In this document: in pieces, positions 18,201-25,685 of the stretch
How positions within the stretch are numbered: the stretch's first letter is position 1
How the letters are laid out: each line of letters opens with the position of its first letter
From: Candidatus Heimdallarchaeota archaeon AB_125
GTDB taxonomy: Archaea > Asgardarchaeota > Heimdallarchaeia > Heimdallarchaeales > Heimdallarchaeaceae
Direction of reading: 5' to 3'
DNA length: 40,319 bases
Assembly (NCBI GenBank): GCA_001940755.1
Contig: MEHH01000001.1
Span: 1-40,319 of the forward strand
Program-made: the position numbers and the translations under genes
The notes under the pieces: generated by a model
The model's database searches: none
What the model saw: the letters and a program-made list of their open reading frames with translations, nothing else
Told to the model about the DNA's origin: nothing

Positions 18201-18278
18201 TACAGCAGGTTTGGTTTTTAGTTTGACTCCCTCTTTTAGTTTTCTCGCACTCTGTGCAGAGTCTTTACTTTCTGACAT
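15213..18278 (-). CDS. membrane-anchored transglutaminase-like (apparently non-catalytic) protein with large beta-rich extracellular region; first gene of cassette 1
   Basis: 1021 aa. It has a basic N-terminus and three hydrophobic helices (about aa 52-157). A TGase-core-like block, SSASAYIALAIMTLRLNNIPCRPVIGF...LYAWVEALV, spans aa 455-535. Downstream segments such as TVTDDTGLVEGATVNYATV and ELTDVNGNTTIHT look like Ig/carboxypeptidase-regulatory-type beta repeats. The stop lies 1 nt before the next gene start. Confidence 0.5.
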   Translation of the reverse strand: MSESKDSAQSARKLKEGVKLKTKPAVVPKYRKIKTGGTKLPMAAMMPKGITVWNIVFSTLFLGLLVVTFVNFIGILVPKLISPNFKEFIPIPLPELFLKFLVPIALILEVFLVLIAFEAKAISFPKIHTRHSVKRIMIVGFIIGSLLLSFFTPYLNLIGKYRDLPPGEITPMDTNESWFNSIFTGDAPFYIDGILDLLDNMDLDPDLDIDVIAYVNALTGTLGNYLYRWDIREYYQESSWDFVETSGDTRFDLTAENHDPAIHPDPPISYDQLEITQLVYSVQTALLSQLITPWSNNYNEPFLTNDLNWTDNLVDENGTVSAVEGTVDVKYNLNDMISLKATTDQIGFFGNFTYQPYFVSDDNITDIITASIDYSDPAIYESWYNTTFARFLQKPLNYETISPLVAAYAASASNYGKTNGHSAYEQTNYILEKIISDFGLPTADNDDNNGQDRAQLLIEGSDSSASAYIALAIMTLRLNNIPCRPVIGFALGDGSVTSRTLSLSDNLYAWVEALVPVDDGAGGIAYKWGQFQMGPYVDPDTSSLYYCENTLYSSFDVDIAILGEPFLYLPVLQQDIGGQDVYFTDYGRNYTLRATVTDDTGLVEGATVNYATVTAGQLQTYASNPAALLAVASSLGSAVTNVIGVAEFYTTWNPLMYDVYNPSNPGGTVYVLLAYVTLVSTNYTGFVLVPTGYLSGVSINATVETIPNPSPPPIGVFDLYLVQRGVQYQISTELFQYDNLTSPLEGRLVTYYILDENEKNDLLLGTLDPATLRILGQELTDVNGNTTIHTMQGSTSIFSTLTPQVTPGAVYYIAAIFGQNYTFTIMLYFDGKYSTIDSSDYFHNKGIDGEFFIPDVDIYLYQEPPGGLPSPMVGEDVEVWLVKQSVYDAADTTDSTTLRADLVLASAGEPYGANIVATGTTDGNGFYNTTLNENVTQYGPSFYRLVVLYVDTWNISAPITITFPPAYMSYSLMDIEPSVPAQVLMTFSIRDCMSHMIELRNTEHLTELNCLAILPTKDVKY

Positions 18279-18731
18279 CTTCTTTCCTCGTGATTATAAA
18301 GATCAAGAGTACCGATGGTTACCCTAATGACTCAATACTCCTACATTATTCAAAAACTTTTTGCGATATAAACACTTGCAAATTGGCCATCAGCCTCGAG
18401 AAAATTAGAAGTTCTAAAATCCCTACTTATAGACTTTGAAAGGGAAATCTGCCAACCAAATATAAAAAGATATCAATTTAAAATTAGATGTTTGAGTTAA
18501 TATATGATTTTGTGGATAATATTATTGAAGTAAGATATTCCTAAAAGTTAGAAAAAACTCTGAAAACATAATACTTTGAGATTAATGAATAAACTACAAA
18601 ATCATTCAATTAAATCCATACATCTTCAACAAAACAAATGCTGAAGGAATGTCATACATTCACTCAAATACTACTCGCATGAATCAACAAATGGTTAACA
18701 TTTCTCATGCTGAGAGTATTGCTAGTCGGAC

Positions 18732-19430
18732 GTGATATACATTCAAGTAAAACTGATTTCTTATCCTAAAGAAACGGATTTGATTGCGAAGATGGCAGCT
18801 GCAATATGCTATTCAGGTGGTCATGATTATGAAGAGATAAGAAAGGAAGCAGAAAGAAAACCTGCTGAATATCTTAGTAAAATTGTTAAGAATGGACATC
18901 TTTCAATTCTCGAACATAATATCTATGTTTTTTATGTTTCAGGTTTAAGTAGAGTTGCGAGTCATCAACTAGTTAGAAAAAGAATTGCTAGTTATTCTCA
19001 ACAATCACAGAGATATGTTGACGCAAAGAATTTTAGAGCTGTTATTCCTGAAACAATTGAGAATTCACAATTCACTGAACAGTATAGCAAAAAGCTAGAA
19101 GAATGTAGTAATCTGTACCAAGAGATGGTAGATAGTGGAATTCCAAAGGAAGATGCAAGGTTTATTCTACCAGGGGCGACTACAACCCAATTAATAGTAT
19201 CAATGAATGCACATTCTTTAGTTGATTTTTTTGTTCAGAGATTATGCGTTAAATCTCAGTGGGAGATCAGGCAACTAGCTGAAATAATGCTTGACGAAGC
19301 TCAAAAAGTATCTCCTCTAATTTTCAAAGATCTAGGTGCTTATTGTGATTTCTATGGATATTGCCCAGAAAATGATAAATCATGTGGAAGGATTAAAACT
19401 CTAAAAGAAATACTACATAATGATAATTAG
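18732..19430 (+). CDS. thyX: flavin-dependent thymidylate synthase ThyX
   Basis: 232 aa. The ThyX signature region reads SHQLVRKRIASYSQQSQRY; the canonical form is RHRxxSxxxxSxR, so His is Lys here. Further ThyX-like blocks are ARFILPGATTT and SQWEIRQLA. GTG 18732 is the only in-frame start after an upstream stop that keeps the conserved N-terminus. Confidence 0.85.
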   Translation: MIYIQVKLISYPKETDLIAKMAAAICYSGGHDYEEIRKEAERKPAEYLSKIVKNGHLSILEHNIYVFYVSGLSRVASHQLVRKRIASYSQQSQRYVDAKNFRAVIPETIENSQFTEQYSKKLEECSNLYQEMVDSGIPKEDARFILPGATTTQLIVSMNAHSLVDFFVQRLCVKSQWEIRQLAEIMLDEAQKVSPLIFKDLGAYCDFYGYCPENDKSCGRIKTLKEILHNDN

Positions 19431-19487
19431 TTTTCTTCTCCTACTTCTTTCTTTAATATGTTAACTATATATTATAACAAGAATAGG

Positions 19488-20303
19488 TTAAGAAATTTCT
19501 TCTTTAAGATCAACAATCTCTTCATCCTCTTCTTTCAGTATAGGGATTTCTTCTCTGATTTTGGGAAAAACTGCATTCATCCTAATAAGAAGGATTGTAT
19601 ATAAAATTGAAACTACAATTAATGAAGGACGAATGATAAATTCTGCAATAGAGTTCTGGGGAATAATATAGTATATCATTAATGAGTATATAATCGCAAA
19701 CAAAACTAGAATTAGAATTGAAATCAATGGCCATAGCATTTTCTTGATTAATATCCACCATTTCTGAGACACATCTAGCTCTTTAATAGATCGTCTCTCA
19801 AAATCTGTTAATGTTAAATTATCTTCATAGTTCTTTACTTGCTCAACTGCATACTCGCCAACAGGTATAACATAAAACCTTTCTTGTGAGTAGAATTCCA
19901 AGAAGAACAGAGACAGAAGCAACCGCACAACTATGCAAATACCTGCAGAAATTTGAAATAATATTATATCTATCCTTCCGAGCGTATCTGGAAAGAACAT
20001 TGAGTTTACATTTGCTAGTAATAGAGATATTCCAGTACCAAGAATTAAAAAAAATCCGAAACTTAATTCATTTTTAAGATTTAAATCTCCTCCTCTGAAT
20101 AGATCTAGCAATAGGTTAATAACACCAATAATAAGCCAAGTAGTGAAAATATAAATATTTAAACTCAAAATAGATTGTAGGATTATTACAGCAATTGCTG
20201 CTATTCCAAAGAGATGATGGCAAAAAATCATGATTTGAGAACTAGGGGCAGTTTTTTTGGTTTTCTCCCAATCACTTTCGAAGACTTTATCTCTGATTCT
20301 CAT
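19488..20303 (-). CDS. polytopic membrane protein with acidic C-terminal tail (last gene of cassette 2)
   Basis: 271 aa with about 6 hydrophobic segments and the tail PILKEEDEEIVDLKEEIS. The start is 1 nt after the DUF58 stop. It is the positional counterpart of 5508-7022. Confidence 0.6.
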   Translation of the reverse strand: MRIRDKVFESDWEKTKKTAPSSQIMIFCHHLFGIAAIAVIILQSILSLNIYIFTTWLIIGVINLLLDLFRGGDLNLKNELSFGFFLILGTGISLLLANVNSMFFPDTLGRIDIILFQISAGICIVVRLLLSLFFLEFYSQERFYVIPVGEYAVEQVKNYEDNLTLTDFERRSIKELDVSQKWWILIKKMLWPLISILILVLFAIIYSLMIYYIIPQNSIAEFIIRPSLIVVSILYTILLIRMNAVFPKIREEIPILKEEDEEIVDLKEEIS

Positions 20304-20304
20304 A

Positions 20305-21696
20305 CTATCGCCCCAATGCTTCTTGTACTAATCTGTGTGATGGAGAGTATTTTTTCATCAACTTATATAATGATAGAATAATATTATCCTCGTATCCATT
20401 AATCTCAATGTAATCTCCACCAATAGAGTAGAGAATTTTTCTGACTTCAGTTTCTCTCCTCAGGTATTCATCTTTCACTAAACTTGGAAAAATTTCATCT
20501 AGAATATCTTGATATTCTTTATTTTGTGCACCACCAACAATCCACTTTGAAGAAGCAAGAATGTTGAAATCCATTGTTGAAAAGTTAACAAATATTACTC
20601 TACTCCCCATTGAATGAAGTAAGTGTAAGCCTTGAAGCTTCTTCTTTAAATCACCCTCTAAATCTGAAAAGATTATTGTAATAGAATGGTTCAACCGATT
20701 CGTTTTAGTAAATTTTACAGCGTTGATGAAATTGCTCTCAACTCCAGTTGGTTCTATGTCATACAAATTCAACATCAACCTTAATTCATTCTTCCCCACT
20801 TGAGGAACAATGAATTTACTTACATTATCTCCATATGCTATTATCGCTAAGTCATGATTTGTCCCCCTGATTAGAGAGGATATTTCAACTGCTGACGACA
20901 AAGAATATTCAAACTTAGGTCCAAACATCGCACTCCCTAAGTCAAGATAAATAAGGAAATGGAGATTTCTTTCATCTTCATATTCTTTGGTAATCAATTT
21001 ATCGTGCCTAGCAGTGGCAAACCAATCTATGTGCTTTACTTCATCTCCTGGGAGGTAATCACGTAAAGCAAAAAACTCATCACCACGTCCTTTGACTCTC
21101 TGTGCAAATTCATGAACCATTTTAAGTAGAAGTTCTTTTTTTGTTTTCCAGGGGATATTGATACGAGGTCTTTGTGGTAGTACCTTTATTGTTTCAACTT
21201 TTTTTAGAATTCTTATATTTTTGAATAATTGTTGATAAGGTCCTATAGCTATTTCTATGGGACCAATTTCAGCATTACCTCTTCTTGCTGCTAACAAAGT
21301 CCAAACGATATTTTGTTCTTGATCTGGTTCTAATTTCAGATATATATGGTCTGATTGGTTAATGCTTCGAAAATGGTATGAAAAATGCAATTGAGTTTTT
21401 ATCCTTAACTTCTTGTTAGACCGATTAGTTAAGATTACTGCAACAGCTAATAATCCTCTACTCCTTAGATGCTCTTTAGATATCCTCATATCTACTTCAA
21501 AAGAAACATTCTGTGTTGTTAAGTAATGTACAAATGCTGAAGATATTATTAACCAGAAAAATAACCCTGGAATAATTAGAAGATAATTATCAATAGATAA
21601 ACCTATAATGACTGATAAACTTCCCAATAGTATGAATATCCTTCCATTCTTTGTTAACTCAAAGAATTGTTCCACTTCCATGTTTATCTTCCTCAA
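20305..21696 (-). CDS. DUF58 family protein with N-terminal TM hairpin, cassette 2
   Basis: 463 aa. The signature is GDEFFALRDYLPGDEVKHIDWFATARHDKLITKEYEDE. It is followed by FLIYLDLGSAMFG, so the MIDAS-like position reads DLGSA and is degenerate. Confidence 0.8.
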   Translation of the reverse strand: MRKINMEVEQFFELTKNGRIFILLGSLSVIIGLSIDNYLLIIPGLFFWLIISSAFVHYLTTQNVSFEVDMRISKEHLRSRGLLAVAVILTNRSNKKLRIKTQLHFSYHFRSINQSDHIYLKLEPDQEQNIVWTLLAARRGNAEIGPIEIAIGPYQQLFKNIRILKKVETIKVLPQRPRINIPWKTKKELLLKMVHEFAQRVKGRGDEFFALRDYLPGDEVKHIDWFATARHDKLITKEYEDERNLHFLIYLDLGSAMFGPKFEYSLSSAVEISSLIRGTNHDLAIIAYGDNVSKFIVPQVGKNELRLMLNLYDIEPTGVESNFINAVKFTKTNRLNHSITIIFSDLEGDLKKKLQGLHLLHSMGSRVIFVNFSTMDFNILASSKWIVGGAQNKEYQDILDEIFPSLVKDEYLRRETEVRKILYSIGGDYIEINGYEDNIILSLYKLMKKYSPSHRLVQEALGR

Positions 21697-21703
21697 ACTA
21701 AAT

Positions 21704-22648
21704 TTAAATTACAACTTCAACTTCTGACAAGACATTTTGGATAATTTCTGAAACTCTAATTTGTTCAATCTCTGCCTCGGGAGAGAGTATTAATCTGTGA
21801 TTCATCACTGGAAAGAAAATTGCTTTGATATCGTCAGGTTCTACAAAATCTCTTCCTCTGATTGCAGCAATAGATCTGCTCAATGTTAACAAAGCTATAG
21901 AACCTCTAGGACTTGCTCCTAATGCGAAAGATGGTACTGATCGAGTAGCTACAACAAGTTTTGCTATGTATTCAAGTATTTGATTACTAAGAATTACACC
22001 ATTTTCAATTTCACTAGCTAATTTCTTCAGAGTATCTTTCTTTGTAACGGCATTTACATCTGCAAACATTTCCTCTTTCTTCTTCACTAACATAGCTATT
22101 TCACCTTGAAGAGAAGGGGGATAAACTGGTATTTTAACAAGAAAACGATCTATTTGGGCTTCAGGGAGAGGATAGACTCCTGTACTTTCAATTGGATTTT
22201 GCGTTGCTATTACCATAAATGGTTCCGGTAGCTTGTATGTTTTCTTTCCCGAAGAAACCTGTTTTTCTTGCATAGCTTCTAGTAAAGCTGATTGTGTTTT
22301 CGGTGGTGCTCTGTTGATTTCATCTGTTAGAAGAACATTCGTGAATACAGGACCTTCAATGAAGTTGAAAGAACTAGTTTCTCTTTCATATATATTCCCA
22401 CCTGTAATATCTGCTGGCATCAAATCGCTGGTAAACTGGATTCGCTTAAACCCTACCTTAATTACTTCTGCCAAAGTGCTAGCCATCAAAGTTTTAGCAA
22501 CTCCTGGAACGCCTTCTAGAAGAACATGTCCTCCACTTAGAAGTGATGCAAACATTAATTCAATGACATTTTCATTTCCAACTATCCTTTTTTTCATTTC
22601 ATCCATTATTTTGTTAAAAATTTCTTTAGTTTCTTGTACTTGTGTCAT
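21704..22648 (-). CDS. MoxR-type AAA+ ATPase, cassette 2
   Basis: 314 aa. Walker A is GVPGVAKT and Walker B is LLTDEINR, followed by PPKTQSALLEAMQEKQV...VIATQNPIESTGVYPLPEAQIDRF. By eye it is about half identical to the copy-1 MoxR between Walker A and Walker B. It has a TAATG overlap with the upstream gene. Confidence 0.9.
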   Translation of the reverse strand: MTQVQETKEIFNKIMDEMKKRIVGNENVIELMFASLLSGGHVLLEGVPGVAKTLMASTLAEVIKVGFKRIQFTSDLMPADITGGNIYERETSSFNFIEGPVFTNVLLTDEINRAPPKTQSALLEAMQEKQVSSGKKTYKLPEPFMVIATQNPIESTGVYPLPEAQIDRFLVKIPVYPPSLQGEIAMLVKKKEEMFADVNAVTKKDTLKKLASEIENGVILSNQILEYIAKLVVATRSVPSFALGASPRGSIALLTLSRSIAAIRGRDFVEPDDIKAIFFPVMNHRLILSPEAEIEQIRVSEIIQNVLSEVEVVI

Positions 22649-23931
22649 TAATATCGCCTTCTTTTTTGTATAATTTCCAATCTCTTAAACAGAAAAAGGA
22701 ACGTATCGTGGTCTAATTTTTTTGTTAATGCGAGCTCAAAAAGCTCTCTCTCTTCCTCTTCATATAGGTGAGATGGTACAAATTTCATCTTCTCTAATAT
22801 GAAATAATTGTAAGCTTTACTTGGATAAAGTTCATGCTGAAAATATAAATAAGAAAGAACTTTTTCCTCAACTGTTGGATTTATTGGAGTTCCAAAAGTA
22901 TCAAATAACTCTCTTCTTCTGCTCCAGATCTTTTTTGATATAAATTTCTTATAGGATTCCTTCGTTCTAAATTCATCTCTAAATCTAGGAGTTATATAAT
23001 ACAAAACCAATAACAGAAGAATTGTTATGAAAATAAAAATCTTTGTTTTTGAATACAAAATAATGTTACCATATGTTTGGTTGATTATACCTTCTGTTGA
23101 AGCAAAAGGCCATCTTTTATGGCTTTCTTCAAAACAAACCAATAACTCTGATCCTCCAGTGTATGAACCTATAAGACTAATTGTAAGATTTATATTATCA
23201 AAACCAGCAAGATATAAATCATTAGTAAGAAAACTCATAGAGGAGATGACAACAATAGTTCCAAAACCTCTACTTACTGCTACTGCTACTTTGTAACTTC
23301 GAGTATCTTCTGCAATCTGATCCCACATCTTATCTCCATTTGTATCAATAAAAACAGTAGGCTCTGTTGAGATAGATTGAACTTCATTTTGTTGATCACT
23401 TGTAGCAACATAAAGTATTGCTTTTGAAAATGCAAAACATAAAGTTCTATTAACAGTTGTAGGAGAATGAGTGAAAATATATTCGGGTGTGGGGTAATAG
23501 TTTTCTGTTGCCAAAAGCATAGAAAAAGACATTGTTATTCCAAAATAATCTGCAAGATCATATGAGGAACCTGAGCCACCGAGAAGAAGAAGTGTTCCAC
23601 CTCTTCCAACAAATGAATCAATAATTTCTTTTTCTGATGACCTATAATTCTTTACCCCTCCAGCAATAACAAGTATTGATGAATCTGGAAGTTTCAAAAT
23701 TGGATCAGTTGATAATATTGTCCGAGTAGTATTAAACCCTCTCTCTTGTAGAATTGTATTAAAAGTTGATAATCCACTTGGAGAAGTATTATACATTGTA
23801 TAAGGAGGAGGAGTATGTGTTACATTGATGCTTAAAGGAATTGTAAAAATAACAAATAGTAATAGAGTTTGGATTACCATTTTAAAAAATGGTGAATATT
23901 TCTTAGAAAAGAAAGCTCTCGATCTCTTCAT
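22648..23931 (-). CDS. DUF4350/GldG-like protein with N-terminal and C-proximal TM segments, cassette 2 (intact)
   Basis: 427 aa. It has an N-terminal TM, GGTLLLLGG and GTIVVISSMSFLTND blocks (class-I amidotransferase-like / ABC_transp_aux-like pattern), a TM segment (IFIFITILLLLVLYYI) and a helical C-terminus. It has an ATGA overlap with the upstream gene. Confidence 0.55.
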   Translation of the reverse strand: MKRSRAFFSKKYSPFFKMVIQTLLLFVIFTIPLSINVTHTPPPYTMYNTSPSGLSTFNTILQERGFNTTRTILSTDPILKLPDSSILVIAGGVKNYRSSEKEIIDSFVGRGGTLLLLGGSGSSYDLADYFGITMSFSMLLATENYYPTPEYIFTHSPTTVNRTLCFAFSKAILYVATSDQQNEVQSISTEPTVFIDTNGDKMWDQIAEDTRSYKVAVAVSRGFGTIVVISSMSFLTNDLYLAGFDNINLTISLIGSYTGGSELLVCFEESHKRWPFASTEGIINQTYGNIILYSKTKIFIFITILLLLVLYYITPRFRDEFRTKESYKKFISKKIWSRRRELFDTFGTPINPTVEEKVLSYLYFQHELYPSKAYNYFILEKMKFVPSHLYEEEERELFELALTKKLDHDTFLFLFKRLEIIQKRRRY

Positions 23932-24698
23932 TCTTCCTCACCTAATTCTTCAGTCTGTGTTATCTGAATATCAACTTCTTTGCCACTCATGTCCTTGATA
24001 GTTTTCAATTCTAGTATGAATCTCTCTAGATCATTATAGTTCATCTGAGATATCCTATAACGAGCTTCATAGAAAATATCTACAATACTTCTAAAATGAG
24101 GTAAAATTTCAGGTAAATTTAGAGACATAGAAAATTCTTTTGGAGTAAGATAAGTTTCTCTTTTAATTCCAAGAACTCTTTTCATATTTTTATCCAGCTG
24201 ATGATAACCAAAAATAATTCCTTCTGCAAAATTACCATGTCTCAAAAATTTCTCTAATAAATCAACTAGTGTTACTATTTGTGTTCTAAACTTATGTCTT
24301 CTTGATTTTAATGTGGTTTGTCTTTGTGTTGTTTTTGTGCTTGAATGACTCACTTCTTTTCTTCTTCTAAAATATAATAAGAAAATCAAAATTATTACTG
24401 CTATACCTATACCTATGGGGAGAACTCTGGAAGGCACACTAGGTTTTTCTGTTTGTATGATTTCACCATTTGAAGTAGGAGAAGGAGTGTCAGTGGGGTA
24501 AGTTGGCCCAGTTGAGGAGGGGAAGGTTTCTGTTGTAGTGTTGAAAGACCCAACATTCGTAGTAATAAGTGTACTAACGGGGACATCATTGATTCCCTCA
24601 TAACTCTCTTGAGAACTATTTATCAAAACAAAAACAACAAGACACGCTACGAGAACAAGAACTCTAAGATTGATATATTTTGTAATATTCCTAGCCAT
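23928..24698 (-). CDS. bitopic membrane protein with S/T/P-rich ecto-stalk and cytoplasmic DUF4129-like domain, cassette 2
   Basis: The track ORF extends to 24728. The ATG at 24698 (MARNITKY) is preceded by AGGTGA and overlaps the upstream stop by 8 nt, so I prefer it. The layout is a TM segment, a stalk of about 70 aa (TTTETFPSSTGPTYPTDTPSPTS), a second TM segment, then LTPKEFSMSL...IFYEARYRISQMNYNDLERF (DUF4129-like). Confidence 0.6.
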   Translation of the reverse strand: MARNITKYINLRVLVLVACLVVFVLINSSQESYEGINDVPVSTLITTNVGSFNTTTETFPSSTGPTYPTDTPSPTSNGEIIQTEKPSVPSRVLPIGIGIAVIILIFLLYFRRRKEVSHSSTKTTQRQTTLKSRRHKFRTQIVTLVDLLEKFLRHGNFAEGIIFGYHQLDKNMKRVLGIKRETYLTPKEFSMSLNLPEILPHFRSIVDIFYEARYRISQMNYNDLERFILELKTIKDMSGKEVDIQITQTEELGEEE

Positions 24699-25677
24699 TC
24701 TTATCACCTTCGAGAGATTCATCAACAATTAATTTACTTTCACTTAGGAAAGCATAAATTCTGCATAATGGCCAATAGTCAGTTAAACAAATCTGATATT
24801 TGTGTTCAGATGTAACATAACCAAGAAATGCACATTTACTATCTGCAAAAAATCTACAATTTTTTTTCTCAGTTGATTTTAATAATGTCTCTACTTTCCG
24901 ATTCATATAAACCATTGATAATGCATGGTACTGCCTGTTATCATATTTTGGAGGTTTGTCCAAATCAAAAATTGTTTGAACAGATAGGGGCATTTTAGGT
25001 TGTATCAAATTAGAAAATGAGATTTTAGCCCCTTTTTTAGGAAGGAACATATTAACAAACAGTTTCCCAAATCGAACACCTACAATTCCTCCTAAAGAGC
25101 ATATTATTAAGAAAGAGAGAGAGAAAATGAAAATAAAGCCTAGATACCAGAATCCTGAAAGGACTCCTGAAATATTTGCGGCCATAGTACTGAATAGGAT
25201 TACTTGTGAGAGATGCAAAGTGATGAACAGCAGAAAAGTAACCACAGCAGAACTAAGAACAAGATCTCTAGCTTCTTCTCCCCAGAGTATAGCACATATT
25301 ATACCTGATATGAAGAAAGGCAAGAAAATGGTAACTATATAGTTAGCTACTAAAGAATCGAGATTTTGTGAAATGAAGGTTGATAGAAAGGGGATATAAA
25401 GAATTTCTTCAGGGCTCCAAATAAGACCATAGAATAATGATAAATCATTGATATAGTACATAATTATACTTAGAACTATAGTTATGGAATAAGCAATTGC
25501 TAGATAAGTTGAGCTTCTTCTTACAAGAATTCCAACATACTCTCGTTTACCTCTGTTCTTCAATGAAGGAAAGAATAATTTGTACAATAAATACTTGAAA
25601 TCAAGCTTAAAAGGCGTATGTTCCGTTTTATCCTTCTTAGGTTGAGGTGGAACATAGGTGGTATCTTGTCTTGCCAT
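24691..25677 (-). CDS. polytopic membrane protein with C-terminal four-Cys cytoplasmic module, cassette 2
   Basis: 328 aa with a basic N-terminus and about 5-6 hydrophobic segments. The C-terminus carries C274-x7-C282 ... C297-x7-C305. It occupies the position held by SpoIIM/DUF95-like genes in related bacterial and haloarchaeal clusters, but I could not verify that by motif. Confidence 0.5.
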   Translation of the reverse strand: MARQDTTYVPPQPKKDKTEHTPFKLDFKYLLYKLFFPSLKNRGKREYVGILVRRSSTYLAIAYSITIVLSIIMYYINDLSLFYGLIWSPEEILYIPFLSTFISQNLDSLVANYIVTIFLPFFISGIICAILWGEEARDLVLSSAVVTFLLFITLHLSQVILFSTMAANISGVLSGFWYLGFIFIFSLSFLIICSLGGIVGVRFGKLFVNMFLPKKGAKISFSNLIQPKMPLSVQTIFDLDKPPKYDNRQYHALSMVYMNRKVETLLKSTEKKNCRFFADSKCAFLGYVTSEHKYQICLTDYWPLCRIYAFLSESKLIVDESLEGDKNG

Positions 25678-25685
25678 AATATCAC

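Noticed and set aside
18022-18439. Plus-strand ORFs 18022-18327 (101 aa) and 18254-18439 (61 aa) at the 5' end of cassette 1
   Set aside because: They start antisense inside the first codons of the 1021-aa gene and run into the intergenic region. They show no motifs or ribosome-binding signal and have the composition typical of shadow frames.
22233-22673. 146-aa plus-strand ORF, the longest shadow ORF in the track
   Set aside because: It is entirely antisense to the N-terminal half of the cassette-2 MoxR gene, whose Walker A and B motifs are unambiguous.
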